Of a DNA stretch of 38,288 nt, positions 11,957 to 23,001 are shown piece by piece. Made by a program: the position numbers and the translations under genes. The stretch spans positions 1 through 38,288 of the forward strand of contig MCFE01000765.1 of the NCBI GenBank assembly GCA_002104905.1. The letters are read 5' to 3'. Within the stretch, counting starts at the first letter, position 1, and every line of letters begins with the position of its first letter. The stretch comes from Basidiobolus meristosporus CBS 931.73. Lineage: Eukaryota; Fungi; Basidiobolomycota. The notes beneath the pieces are model-generated. The model saw only the letters and a list, made by a program, of their open reading frames with translations. It did no database searches and was not told the DNA's origin.

Positions 11957-12878
11957 TGTTGCAAAGAATTTGTAATTCCATCTATGTATTCACCCAACTT
12001 AGTAGACCTGTTCCATTGGATGGTGCTAAATTGAGCCATGAGTGCCAAATGATGTCATAGTGTGCCAGAGAGGCCAAGTGAACCTATACTTGGCCACAGA
12101 GTGTGAAACATAGCTTGGCATGTTCATGCAAAGCAGCCCCTGTGTTTCACTTACAATGCAGGAGAAAATCCATTTTTTGACGTTTTTTTGTGGATCAATG
12201 TTGTGCAGGATGTGTAAGAGCCCAAAAGGATTGAAGACATGCATCAGGTACTCAATAGCCATGGCACTCTGAATTTAACTTCTGTGGCTTGTAACATGTC
12301 AGAAAAATGCATGGCACTATCTTGGTCCACTGGTACTATCTGGCACTATAAGTGCTTTGTATAGATCTTACTTTAGGGCTAATAATTAAATATAGTGCCT
12401 GATAGTACCAGTGGACCAAGATAGTGCCATGCAATGTTGTGATATGTTACAAGCCACAGGAGCTAGATTCAGAGTGCCATGGCTATTGAGTACCTGATGC
12501 ATGTCTTCAATCCTTTTGTGCTCTTACACATCCTGCACAACATTGATCCACAAAAAAACGTCAAAAAATGGATTTTCTCCAACACAATATATGAAACACA
12601 AGGGCAGCTTTGCATGAACATGCAGAGCTATGTTTCACACTCTGTGGCTAGGCATAGGTTCACTTGGTCTCCCTGGCACACTATGGCATCATTTGGCACT
12701 CATGGCTCAATGTGGCACTATCCAACAGAACAAGTCTAGTTAATTAGATCATTACCTTCAAATCCTAGAGAATACTGACCAAATTCCTTGTTGGGATTTA
12801 CTTGGAATATTTTCACCAAAATACCAGACACTCAGAACATGAAAGTTCTCCAAGCTGTCCAAACAGCCCCAAACTTTT
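11957..12878 (+). repeat. Partial copia LTR (plus strand), split by a foldback element
   Basis: Begins tgttgcaaag at 11957, resumes at 12738 (agttaattagatc...) and ends near aaactttt at about 12878. Confidence 0.85.
12004..12737. mobile_element. Foldback non-autonomous DNA transposon (734 bp; 347-bp arms, 40-bp spacer)
   Basis: AGACCTGTTCC...GAACAAGTCT termini, AGT/AGT TSD inside a copia LTR, long inverted arms. Confidence 0.93.
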
Positions 12879-13686
12879 ACACCCACAGATTCCATTTCAT
12901 CAACCAGTAAGGTAGTTCTGTTAATTTGATTTTTCAATTCTTCTCCTGGCAGCTTCTTTGTAGTGAAGAATTTTAGTCTCAGATACATTTTCTTAGCAGC
13001 TGAACATGACTGGTAGGTGTCTTATAATGCCTTCCAGGCATTCTTTGCCGTTTTTGCTCTTGAGCAATGAATTAGCAATTTGTCTTTAACATTAAGGCAA
13101 ATGCAGTTAAAGGCATTTTGTTCCTTCTTCTGGTAATTTAAGGCTTCCTCTCCCATGTTTTTAGGAAGACATTCTTCTCCAATGACAATATCCTAAAGGC
13201 CTCTTTCTTGTAGCAGCATCTTCATCTTCACCTTCCACACTTGGTAGTTAAATCCATCCAGCTTTTCAGCAGAGGGGAAAATCCTAGTAATAGCAGATGT
13301 TGACATTGCAGAGAGTGACAGCTTGGGGCTCATAACCTGTTGTAAGAGTCTTGGAGATATTGGAAGTGATTGGGAGGACAAGTAGATTATGTGGTTTTTC
13401 ACTTAATGATTTATTGAATGTAAAAGTAGTGTTTGTTCCTTGACATGGTCTTGGCAATACAAACACATAGAATAGGTTAAGGAAGGTCATAAGAACACGT
13501 GTGCAAAGTTTGAGGCTGTTTGAACAACTTTGAGAATTTTCATGTTCTGGGTACCTGGTATTTTGGTGAAAATACTTCAAGTAAATCCCAACAAGGAATT
13601 TGGTCTGTGTTCTCTACAATTTGAGGATAGTGATCTAAGTGGCCAAGTTAGGTGAATATTTAGGTGGAACTACAAAATTTACAACA
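12879..13686 (-). mobile_element. 5' portion of a copia copy (LTR 13338-13686, PBS 13326-13337, start of gag)
   Basis: 349-bp LTR, gggctcataacc PBS, EKLDGFNYQVWKVKMKMLLQERGL; truncated at about 12879. Confidence 0.92.
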
Positions 13687-13958
13687 AAAAAGAGGCAATA
13701 GTCAGTCAATGCACACAAATGTTGGAGGTGATAGAGTGTCAGGGATCAGAAACTCAGCAAATTGGCAGGGAACCCATCAAAAGCCACTTATATATCATTG
13801 TGATGAGAAATTTTGACTAAGTTTTTTGTAAAATCTGTGGTGTAATTATTTTTCAATGGACTCTGGACAGTGTCCTGATGGGATCATTATCTCTTAGTCA
13901 CAGGACTTTAAATCTGTGATGGCCTTTTGATGGGATCACTACAATAATTTTACATAGA

Positions 13959-15890
13959 ATTTAAGTTGATGGGAATCAGTGGCCTGCAGGATTTGCTGGT
14001 AGAGTGCCTGCTTCATGAGAATCCATCAAGTGCTAAGGCAAAGGCATGGTCATACATACCTTCAAGGTAGCCCTTGCTTCTTAGCTGTTTGTATGTTTGC
14101 CATCAAATATATTGGATATGTTGGCACTTGATTGATACTGAGTGCAGTACTTTATAGCTCTTCAATATTTGTTGGACTGAATGAGCTTCTTTAGACCTTG
14201 TATTACCAGAATATATCTGGAGTATCAACTATGTTTTCCCTCAATGGTGGTGGATTCCCAACAACTTGGACATGTTGCAATGATGCAATTTTTGGATGTG
14301 AATGCCATGCAACTGTTAGCACATGCTAGTATCAGGATGGTCTCTAGGTCATATGTTACCAGTTGCATGACAGTTGTCCACTTGTACCATGTTCATGGTA
14401 AGTAGCATCCCAGAGTGATTTATGGAAAGAAGTAGTAGTAAATTCTCAAAGCCCCCATTGCTGATATTAGTGGAGATGTGCCACTTCTCTAGCCACACCA
14501 TTAGTTCATTCAACAGTAGATGGATTACTGGGCTCACTTGGCTCCATAAAGTTTCCTCAGCATTTGTTTCAACAGGTGTTGTCTCATTGCATATTGAGAT
14601 TTGACCAGGCTCATGCATGGTACTGCTGTTAGGGGAGATAGGCTCACAATCCATCAGTGAGCCTTCTTTGTCAGAGCTATCACTTTACATGCCATATTCA
14701 GAAGGCTGAGGTGAGCCTAAAGATGTCACAAACTCAGCTGACTAAGTTTGCACAAGGTGACAAAGATGCCCAGGCACCAATATAGAGGAATCAACTGGCT
14801 GGCAAGATAATGTTGGTACTCTAGTGACTGATGAATGGTCAGATATGACTTGTATGGCAAAATACTGGCTGTAATCTGTGTAATACTACTTTTGCTGTCT
14901 GTGTGCTTGATGGCTGAGAGGCTTGCTACACCAGCCACATGGTTTTTTCTCTCTTCACTTACAGCTCTTATTCAAAGTAGTCTTGGCCATGGGGCAAGCA
15001 GTTTGACCTTCAAAAATGTAATGCTATTTTACTACTTTTTGGTCAATACTCATGTGAATTTAAGACAGTCTTGTATCAATAACATTGCACCTACATGAAT
15101 GTCAAAATCAATGATGACATTCAGTGCCACAAGCAGGGCTAAATACAAAAAAGGCCATGTTGACAGTGTGCCCACTGAAGGTAGTAATGCAAACTCCTGC
15201 GGCTCTTAGTCAAGTAGGCAATTGAGAACCACTGTGGAGCTGCAAACTGACTGTTATGCTTAGGCAGATGAGAATGTAGCAAATGCAGTACCTTCAGTTG
15301 AAGACCAGCAAGTGGCTGTCATAACATCACCACCACCTGTATTAGCAAACATGTTGGCAGCTTGTACCAAAGCATTAAAGAAGCAATTAGGTGCAGTGAC
15401 TAATTGGACAGATGCAATGTCCCAGATAAATCAGGAAATAGTCCAGAAACAGGATGAGTGGATATTAGACTTGTTCATTGTGCCAGTGTTCATAGTGCCA
15501 GAAAGTGCTGTATATTTTGTTATTAATTTGATATTTTAGGGTCATATACATGTCAATTTTGATCCCAAATTGGCACTGTATGGCACCATCTGGCACTCTG
15601 TGGCATGATCAGGCACAATCTGGCATTCTATGGCACTATTGGGCACTATGATCAGCTGGAATGATGGAACAAGTCTAATATGTGTAGTGCAACCAATATT
15701 CCAGGTAGAGAAAGCAGCATCTTAGCTGCAAAGAGGGAACTCAAGTAGCTTAATGTTGTAGCCAGGAATTGAGATATTTCCCAATGTAATGGCTGAGGAA
15801 CACCATACAGTCTCTGAAGCACAACAACAGTGCGCAAAGATAAAGCCCACAGATAAACCTATCACAGCATGGGGGGGGGGAAGACAGTGT
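13959..15890. mobile_element. CACTA-like copy B fragment (transposase N-terminus on minus, accessory gene N-terminus on plus)
   Basis: Homologous to 7970-9850 with a deletion near 15120; contains a 210-bp MITE. Confidence 0.85.
15467..15676. mobile_element. MITE (210 bp) with AGACTTGTTC TIRs
   Basis: AGACTTGTTCAT...ATGGAACAAGTCT; flanks ATT/AAT; absent from the homologous sites in copies A (~9650) and C (~16455); inverted homolog at 26814-27024. Confidence 0.92.
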
Positions 15891-18411
15891 GGCACCTATA
15901 TGAGTGTAAGATTCAATGATGACCCACTACAGTAAGCATTATAAATAAAGTTGTGGCATCACATACACCTGAATATATAACACTATTTCCCCTTTGGTTT
16001 GACTCACTTTTATATGAATGCCACCAAAAGATTAAGTAAAGTTGCCTGGTTCCCAACCAAACCTGCTGCTGATGGCGGCAGAAGAATGGTTGGATAACAG
16101 CTTCCTTTGAGATTCAGTGCAACAAGCAGGGCAACCTCTAAAAAAGACCATGTTGACAGTGTGCCCACTGATAGTAATAATGTGGACTTCTCAGGCTCTC
16201 AGTGCAGTAGGCAGTTAAGAACCTCTGCAGAGCCACAAGCTGACCATTATTCTCAGGCAGATGAGAATGTAGGAAATGCAGTACCTTCAGTTGAAGACCA
16301 GCAAGTGGCTGTCATATCATCACCACTACCTGCATTAGCAAGTATGTTGTCAGCTCATACCAAAGCATTAATAAAGTAATTAGGTGTAGTGGCTGCTTGG
16401 AGATATGCAATGGCCAAGCAAAATCAGGAAATAGTCTAGAAACAGGATAAGTGGAAAATATGTTTAGAGCAATCAATATCCCAGGTAGAGAAAGCAGCAT
16501 CTTTGGAGCAAAGAAGGAACTCAAGTAGCTCAACGTTGCAGCCAAGAATTGAGCCATTTCCCCATGTACCAGCAGAGGAACACTGCACATACTTTGAAAC
16601 ATAACCATAGTGCCCAAAGATAAAACCCACAGAAAACATATCACAGCATGGTAGGGATACAATGTGGTGTTTATACAAAAGCCTAAAAATCAAAAGATAT
16701 TGAAGATCAGTGAAGCCATTAGGTGCAATAATGAAGTGTGGGCTAATATTCTAGAGGCTGTCAGAAGTCTAGCATGCCATTACCTTAAGGCTAGCATACC
16801 ATGTGACTATCAGGAACTCAAGGCAAAGTACAATGCACTTGACTTGTTCCATGAGCATTATCCTGGGTTCAAATGGGCAAATGGATCTTGGGCCAGCATT
16901 GGTATGCTAAGAAAGTATCTTAGAACAGCAGAAACTATCAAAGGCAGAAGAACAAGGGTGCAATGGCTAAAAACCAGCAGTTCCCTCAAGAGCCTGTCAC
17001 CAGCAGGGCCAAAAGCTTCAAACAAGCATCAAAGAGGCATCAGGTAGCTGGAAGAGTGCCAATAAGGGGAAAGCAGGTGACACTGATGCACCTGGACAAC
17101 ATTTATCAAGGAAAAGTGTAGTACCAATCAGAAAGCACTCAGTCAAAGTAGCAGTAAGGGATCTGGCAGTGACAAAGATCAGTGGCTTTCTCAGAAGCCT
17201 GCCACAACTGAGGCTCTGAGCATGAAACAAGCAGAAAAGAAACATCAGCTTGCCAGAAGAGTGCCAGCAAGAGACAAGTAAGCCTAAACTGATGCATCAG
17301 AGCAGAGCTTATCAAGGAGAAAGCATAATTTATTACAAGAAGCAATCCAATCAAGTAGCAACGAAGCACCTAGCAGTGGTAAAGGAAAAGGTAAAAGGAA
17401 AAATGTTTACTCATTCCTGAGGCAGGGAAGCTGGCAAAAACTTGCAGTTCTTGCCAATTAATGCTGCAAGCCCAGAACAGACTGAATCCCATCATAGCAA
17501 AGAAGAATTACCAACAAGAAAACAGATGTTTTCACAAGAGTTGGAAGCACAGGCAGTTGAGCTATACCCCAGCAAGATAGATGAGTTTGCAGAAGAAGGC
17601 AACTTATCTACAACAGCCTCCATGTCCTCCATTGTTGCCAGACTGTAGATCACCTTGACAGACAAGGCTACAATGTCAAGAACTCAAAAGACTATCACAA
17701 TGCCTTCAGTGGAATTTTGGAACATAAATAAGCATACCAAGAGGTTGCAGCACTTCTTCAAGAGTAATGCCCAAGATTACCCACTTGAATATTGCAAGAA
17801 TCTATTGAAAAGACCGGCAGATGAGGAGCTAGACCTTGCAGTGCCAGCTGAAGACCAGGATGTATGGGAACCAGTGAATGAACAGTGGCATAAAGCCATT
17901 GGGTTCCCACCAAAATCATGGGAACATGGTGTTACAACAGAAATACTCATTGAGTTGTAGATTTTAATGCAGTTACTTGTTGAGTGTGCAGTTGGGCTTA
18001 ATGTTAGTGTAGGGTATAGGGACTTGTTTGGTTCAACACAATTGGCAATTGTGGTATAACTGAAGTTCTAATGCAAATAAATCATTTTGTATACATGAAA
18101 AGTTAGAGAAACAGTTGGGTAAGGAGGTAGGGAGTGCAAAAAAGAGGCACTAGCCAATTAATGTACACAAATGTAGGAGTTGATTATGTGTCTAGGATCA
18201 GAAAGTGAGCAATTTGGCAAGGAACCAATTAAAAGCCACCTATATATTGTTGTGATAAGAAATTTTGACAACATTTTTTATTAGATCTGGGGTGCAGTTA
18301 TTTTTCAACAATCTCTGCACTGTATACTGACAGAATCAGTACTTCTTAGTCATGGGACTTTAAATCTGTGATGGCTTATTGATGGGATCATCACAATATT
18401 TTCTCACAAGA
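15891..18411 (+). mobile_element. CACTA-like copy C: promoter region, accessory gene and right end
   Basis: Homologous to 9086-11956 and 13687-13958; degenerate terminus ...ctCACAAGA at 18411. Confidence 0.85.
16018..17960 (+). pseudogene. Accessory gene, copy C (longest uninterrupted version)
   Basis: ORF pieces 16107-16379, 16664-17047 (WANILEAVRSLACHYLKASIP...LDLFHEHYPGFKWANGSWASIGMLRKYL) and 17655-17960 (EFWNINKHTKRLQHFFKS...WEPVNEQWHKAIGF). Confidence 0.6.
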
Positions 18412-18500
18412 ATTGTCAGAGCATACTTTCTTGAGTTTCTCACCAGTTTTTCTCTCCACCATGGCTCTAAACTCCCTCAAACTAGACAGAGCTTCTTGGT
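18412..18500 (-). pseudogene. Copia integrase remnant
   Basis: Reverse complement matches 2775-2860 (EALSKLREFKAMVERETGEKIKKIRSDN region). Confidence 0.8.
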
Positions 18501-19705
18501 GATCAACACAAGCAGCTACCTCAGGAGCCTGCCACAGCATGGGCTGAGTGCTTGAAACAAGCAGAAAAGAAGTGTCAGGTTACCTGCAGAATGCCAGCAA
18601 GGGACAAGGGGGCCAAAAAAGATGCAGCAGAGCAGCATTTATCATGAAAAAAGCATAGTTCAATACAAGAAGCACTCAGACAAGTAGCAGTGAAAGACCT
18701 GGCAGTGATAAAGGAAAAGGTAAAGGTGGAAAAAGTCTTCCAAAGCCAGTGACAGGGAAGCATGAGAAAAATGCTGCAGCTATTGCCAATCAACACTGTA
18801 AGCTCTGAACAGACTGAATCCCATCATAGCCAAGAAAAATTACCTAGAAGAAAACAGCTGCTTTCACAGGAGTGGGAAGGGCAGCCAGTTGAGCTACACT
18901 TCAATGAGGTAGATGAGTTTGCAGAGTAAGGCAACCTTTCTACCATAGCCTCCATGTCCTCCATTGTTGACAGAGCAGAGATCCCACAGACAGACAAAGT
19001 AGCCATGTCAAGAACTCAAAATGTTATCACTATGCCTTTGGTGGAATTTTATAACATTAATAGGCACACCAAGAGGTTGCAGCACTTCTTCAAGAGTAGT
19101 ACTCAAGAAAACACATTTGAATATTGCAAGGACTTATTGCAAAGATTGGCAGATGAGGAGCTAGACCTTGGAGTTCTGGCTGAAGACCAGGACACAAGGA
19201 AACCAGTGAATAAACAATGACATAAAGTTGTGGAAACAGAGTGTTACAGCAGAAATACTTATTGAGTGATGGATTTTGATGGAGTTACTTGTAGAGTGTG
19301 GCTTAATGTTAGTGTAGGGTATAGGGGCTTGTAAAGTTCAATACAATTGACAATTGTGGTACAACTGAAGTTTCAATGGAAATAAGTTAATTTTTATACT
19401 TCAAAAGTTAGAAGAACAGCTCAGTTAGGTAGTAAGGGATGTGAGAAAGAGGCAATGGCTAATTAATGCACACAAACATAGAAGGTCATAGAGTGTCTGG
19501 GATTGGAAAGTGAAAAAATTGGCAGAGAACCAATCCAAAACCACTTACATATTGTTGTGATGATAAATTTAGACAAAGTTTTTTATGATATCTGATGTTT
19601 TGATAGTCTTTACATGGTTTCCTGATGGAAATAACACCTCCTAGTCATGGGACTTAGAATTAGTGACAGTCTTTTGCCAGGATCATTACAATACGTTTTC
19701 ATAGG
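18501..19705 (+). mobile_element. CACTA-like copy D: accessory gene 3' half and right end
   Basis: Homologous to 17200-18411; ends ...gttttCATAGG at 19705. Confidence 0.85.
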
Positions 19706-19878
19706 ATGAGCACTATAATATGCTTGCAGCACTGAAGTGATTCTTAATTGCCTGCTTAATTGAGGGGCTGTTGAGTATGTATTATTACCTTCAGCTGTTT
19801 CCTGGGCCTTGTTAGTGGTAGGGCTTGGTTGGGTACCTAACAACCTTGCTATATGTTTTGGTAGCATAAATATGAAGA
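19706..19878 (-). pseudogene. Inverted fragment of the accessory gene N-terminus
   Basis: MLPKHIARLLGTQPSPTT vs MPPKNKVKLPGSQPNPTA; STAPQLSRQLRIT vs SGSQCSRQLRTS; flanked on both sides by CCTATG termini. Confidence 0.75.
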
Positions 19879-21118
19879 CCTATGAAGAATAATTTGGTCC
19901 TGCAGGTGGAACCACTCTAGATCAGCAGTGAGCATCCAGCAACAAGTTCATTATAATGCTGGCAGCTTGGAATTGTTGACCCCTTGCACAATCTTATGAC
20001 TGGATTGTGACAGTGTTTTGCTGATGTTGCCAAATAAAGTTAAAAACTTGGCAGTGATTGAGTGGTGCATTGCCATAAATTGCGTGGCATTCTAATGGTC
20101 TTAATGCACTCTGCATTTGCTTGAGTGGACCTAGCTGGTCAATATAACCAATTGCCTTACATGGCAAGAAACATGACTGTGCTCTGATGGCCTCATTGCA
20201 AACCTCTGCTGGTATTATAATGGCAGTACAGCAAGCTCTATATGATACTACCATACCAATTTACCAAATGGTGTTTTCTTTTCTACCTCCCCTTGCTCCT
20301 TTCATATTACCACTGTAGAATCACCTCTCTTTGTTTGCTTGCCAACTGCTACCTTTCGTATTCCTCATATAGGTGTAATCAAAAAAGCTCTAGCCTCATA
20401 CTTACAAATCTCTATGTGCACACACACCTGCTGCGCTTGGTACACTTCTATCACCTCAGCTTTGTGGCTTTTCAGTGTGATACTTGCAAGGTTGACATAT
20501 ACCTTGTAATGCTGGTAACATTTACATCTAGTAAACATACCCTTGGTTGTTGCCAATGTGGCCATGAATACCTCCTGAATATCCACAAAGAGCTTCTTGG
20601 TAATTAGCCAATACATTCCTTCTCCCTGCTGGATTCTAGTCCCCATTATAGGTGTGCTCTGGCTTTTTTTTCTCACTTACTCCAAAGATAAATCCTAAAA
20701 TGTGAAGCATGGCCTATTATTCTCCACACACTAAGCAAGATGATGTAAAGTATAGATACCTAAGCAGCAGCAATTTAGGCAAACAGCTTTATGCTTGTAG
20801 TATAGCTGCCCAAATCCCATCACAAGATCCTTGCATAAAAGCTATAGATGTGCCAGGTTGTCATTGGTGATCCACTTCTAGATTAATAATTCTACAATGT
20901 GAGTATAGGACCCTCAATACTTCCAATTTACTCTTGGTAGTAATGACTCCAGAAGCCCACTTAAGCAAATGCATATCCAGTTCATCCCATCCTTGCATTT
21001 ATGATATTGCATATGGATATGAATACTGATTGGAGCCTGTGAGAAGTAATGCAGAGAGTTCATACTCTATAATTTCTTGCCAGTTCTTTTAGATTTCTCC
21101 AGTATTTTGAAGGGCTCC
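19879..21118 (-). mobile_element. CACTA-like copy E: left end and transposase C-terminal part
   Basis: Starts CCTATGAAGAATAATTTGGTCC; homologous to 5823-7410 with an internal deletion near 20700. Confidence 0.85.
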
Positions 21119-22759
21119 CCTATGAGAGATAATAAAGATGATCCCCTCAAAAGATCATTACAAAATTAAAGTCTCATGACTAAAAGGTATCAATCCCATC
21201 AGGATACCATGCCAGGATCATTGAGAGATAAATGCCCCACACATTTCACAGATTACTGAATATAATTTCTCATCACAATGATAAATAAGTGGCTTTTGAT
21301 TGGTCCTCTTGTCATTCTCTCACTTTCTGATCCTATACATTCAAATACCTCCTATGTGTGTCAACATTGATTGGCTATTGCCTCTTTCTCAAACTCCTTA
21401 CTTCTTGACTCCACCAATTCTCTTACTGTTCATGCATACAAATTGATTGCATTCATTGAAACTTCAGCTGTACCTCAATTGCCAATTGCATTGGCCTAAA
21501 CAAGTCCTTATGCACAACACTAACATCAAGCTCCACCCTACACTCAACAAATAAATCCATCAATATCCGCCATTCAATCAGTATTTCTGCTGTGACACCC
21601 CTTCTCTGCAGCAAATCTGTGGCTTTATGCCATTGTTCATTCACTGGTTGCTGAACATCCAGGCCATCAGTCAGCACTGTAAGGTCTACGCTGCATTTGG
21701 GCATCTTTGCAATAAATCCCTGAGCCATTCAGGTGCATTGTCTTGAGCACAGCTCTTGAAGAAGTGCTGTAACCTTAGGATATGCATTTTGATGAGCCAA
21801 ACTTTATATTTGACATTGTGGTAGTTTTTTGAGTTCTTGATGCCATTGCTTTGTCTGTCAGTAGGATCTTCAATCTGTCTACAATGCCTGCTTCTCTCCT
21901 GCTAGCACTCTGCCAGCAACCTGAAGTCTCTTTACCACCTGTTTGGAACTTGCAGCCCTGCTTGTGACAGATCCTGAGAAAGCCATGAGTTTTTATCACT
22001 CTCAAGACCTTCACTCCTGTTATAACCAAGTGTATCTCATACTGTTTATCTTTTTATCCATGATGAATACTGCACTGGTGCACCTATTTTGCCTGCTTAT
22101 CCCTCTGGCCACTTGCCTGACAACCCAATGCTTCTTTGCTACTTGCTTGGAACTTCCAGCCCTACTTGTGATGAGCTCCTGAGAAAGCAGCAGATTCTCA
22201 TCAGTGTCAAGTCCTTGAATGCTACTGTAACTGAGTGCTTCTTGTATTTGAACTATGTTTTTGCCTTGATAAATACTGCACTGATGCATCTGTGTCTGCT
22301 TGCCTGTCCCTTACCAGCAATCCTCTGGATACCTGACAATTTGTTGCTACTTATTTGGAGTGCCCATCCCTGTATATGATGAGCTCTTGAGGAATCCACC
22401 AGTTTTTAGCCATGGCACCCTTGTTCTTCTGCATTTGATAGTTTCTACTATTCTTGTGATACTGTGATGGCATTCCAATGCTAGCCCAAAATCTATTTGT
22501 TTACCCAAATCTAGGATAATGCTTATGGAACAGGGCAAGCACAATCTGCTAGACCTTGGGTTCCTGAGGGTATCATGGTATGCTGGCCTTAAAGTGACAC
22601 CATGCAGGACCTTTGACTACCTCTTGAACATTTGCCCACTCTGCATCATTGTGTTTCTTTGCTGTTACATTGGTAAATGGCTCAATTCCTGGCTATGGCA
22701 TTGAGCTACTTGAGTTCATCCTTGGTAGTAAAGATATTACATCCACTACCTGGGATACT
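21119..22759 (-). mobile_element. CACTA-like copy F (inverted): right end and accessory gene
   Basis: Starts CCTATGAGAGATAAT; reverse complement is homologous to 16480-18411; cut by the PHIS element at 22760. Confidence 0.85.
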
Positions 22760-23001
22760 AGACTTGTTCTGTTGGATAGTCCCGCATGGTGCCAGCCTTT
22801 TTATAGTGCTGGACTGATCTGGCACTCTACAGCACCATCTGTAACTATGATATCCACCATAATGCCAGTGGTAGGATAGAGTTACTGGTAATGTTATTCA
22901 ATCTTACTTATGTTACTCAGAATAGTGCTTTCCTTGCTTTATTTACTCTTCACAATGACAAGACACATTTCTTTCAGTGGATGGCATCTTGTAGGAATAT
23001 A

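Larger units (their letters stand above)
5823..13958. mobile_element. CACTA/EnSpm-like DNA transposon, copy A (~5.8 kb net, with nested insertions)
   Basis: Left end CCTATGAAAAATAAT, right end ...attttaCATAGA; minus-strand Tnp2-type transposase and a divergent plus-strand accessory gene. That both ends belong to the same copy is inferred, because no TSD could be seen. Confidence 0.8.

Noticed and set aside
13952-13958. Recurrent ...CATAG ends first suggested Helitron 3' termini
   Set aside because: The inverted partner CCTATG is found at the transposase side (5823, 19879), there is no Rep/helicase, and the ends are not CTRR in an A-T site. These are TIRs.
15571-15650. Short periodic repeats as a CRISPR-like array
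   Set aside because: The units are 10 bp with no spacers and no cas genes, in a eukaryotic TE context. They are explained as MITE subterminal motifs.
15871-15880. G10 tract as a regulatory or G-quadruplex element
   Set aside because: It corresponds to gggaggg in the other copies, so slippage expansion of a single run is sufficient.
19706-19990. Accessory gene apparently in tandem downstream of the transposase (an alternative architecture)
   Set aside because: A CCTATG terminus at 19879 separates them, so the accessory fragment is the insertion target and not part of that copy.
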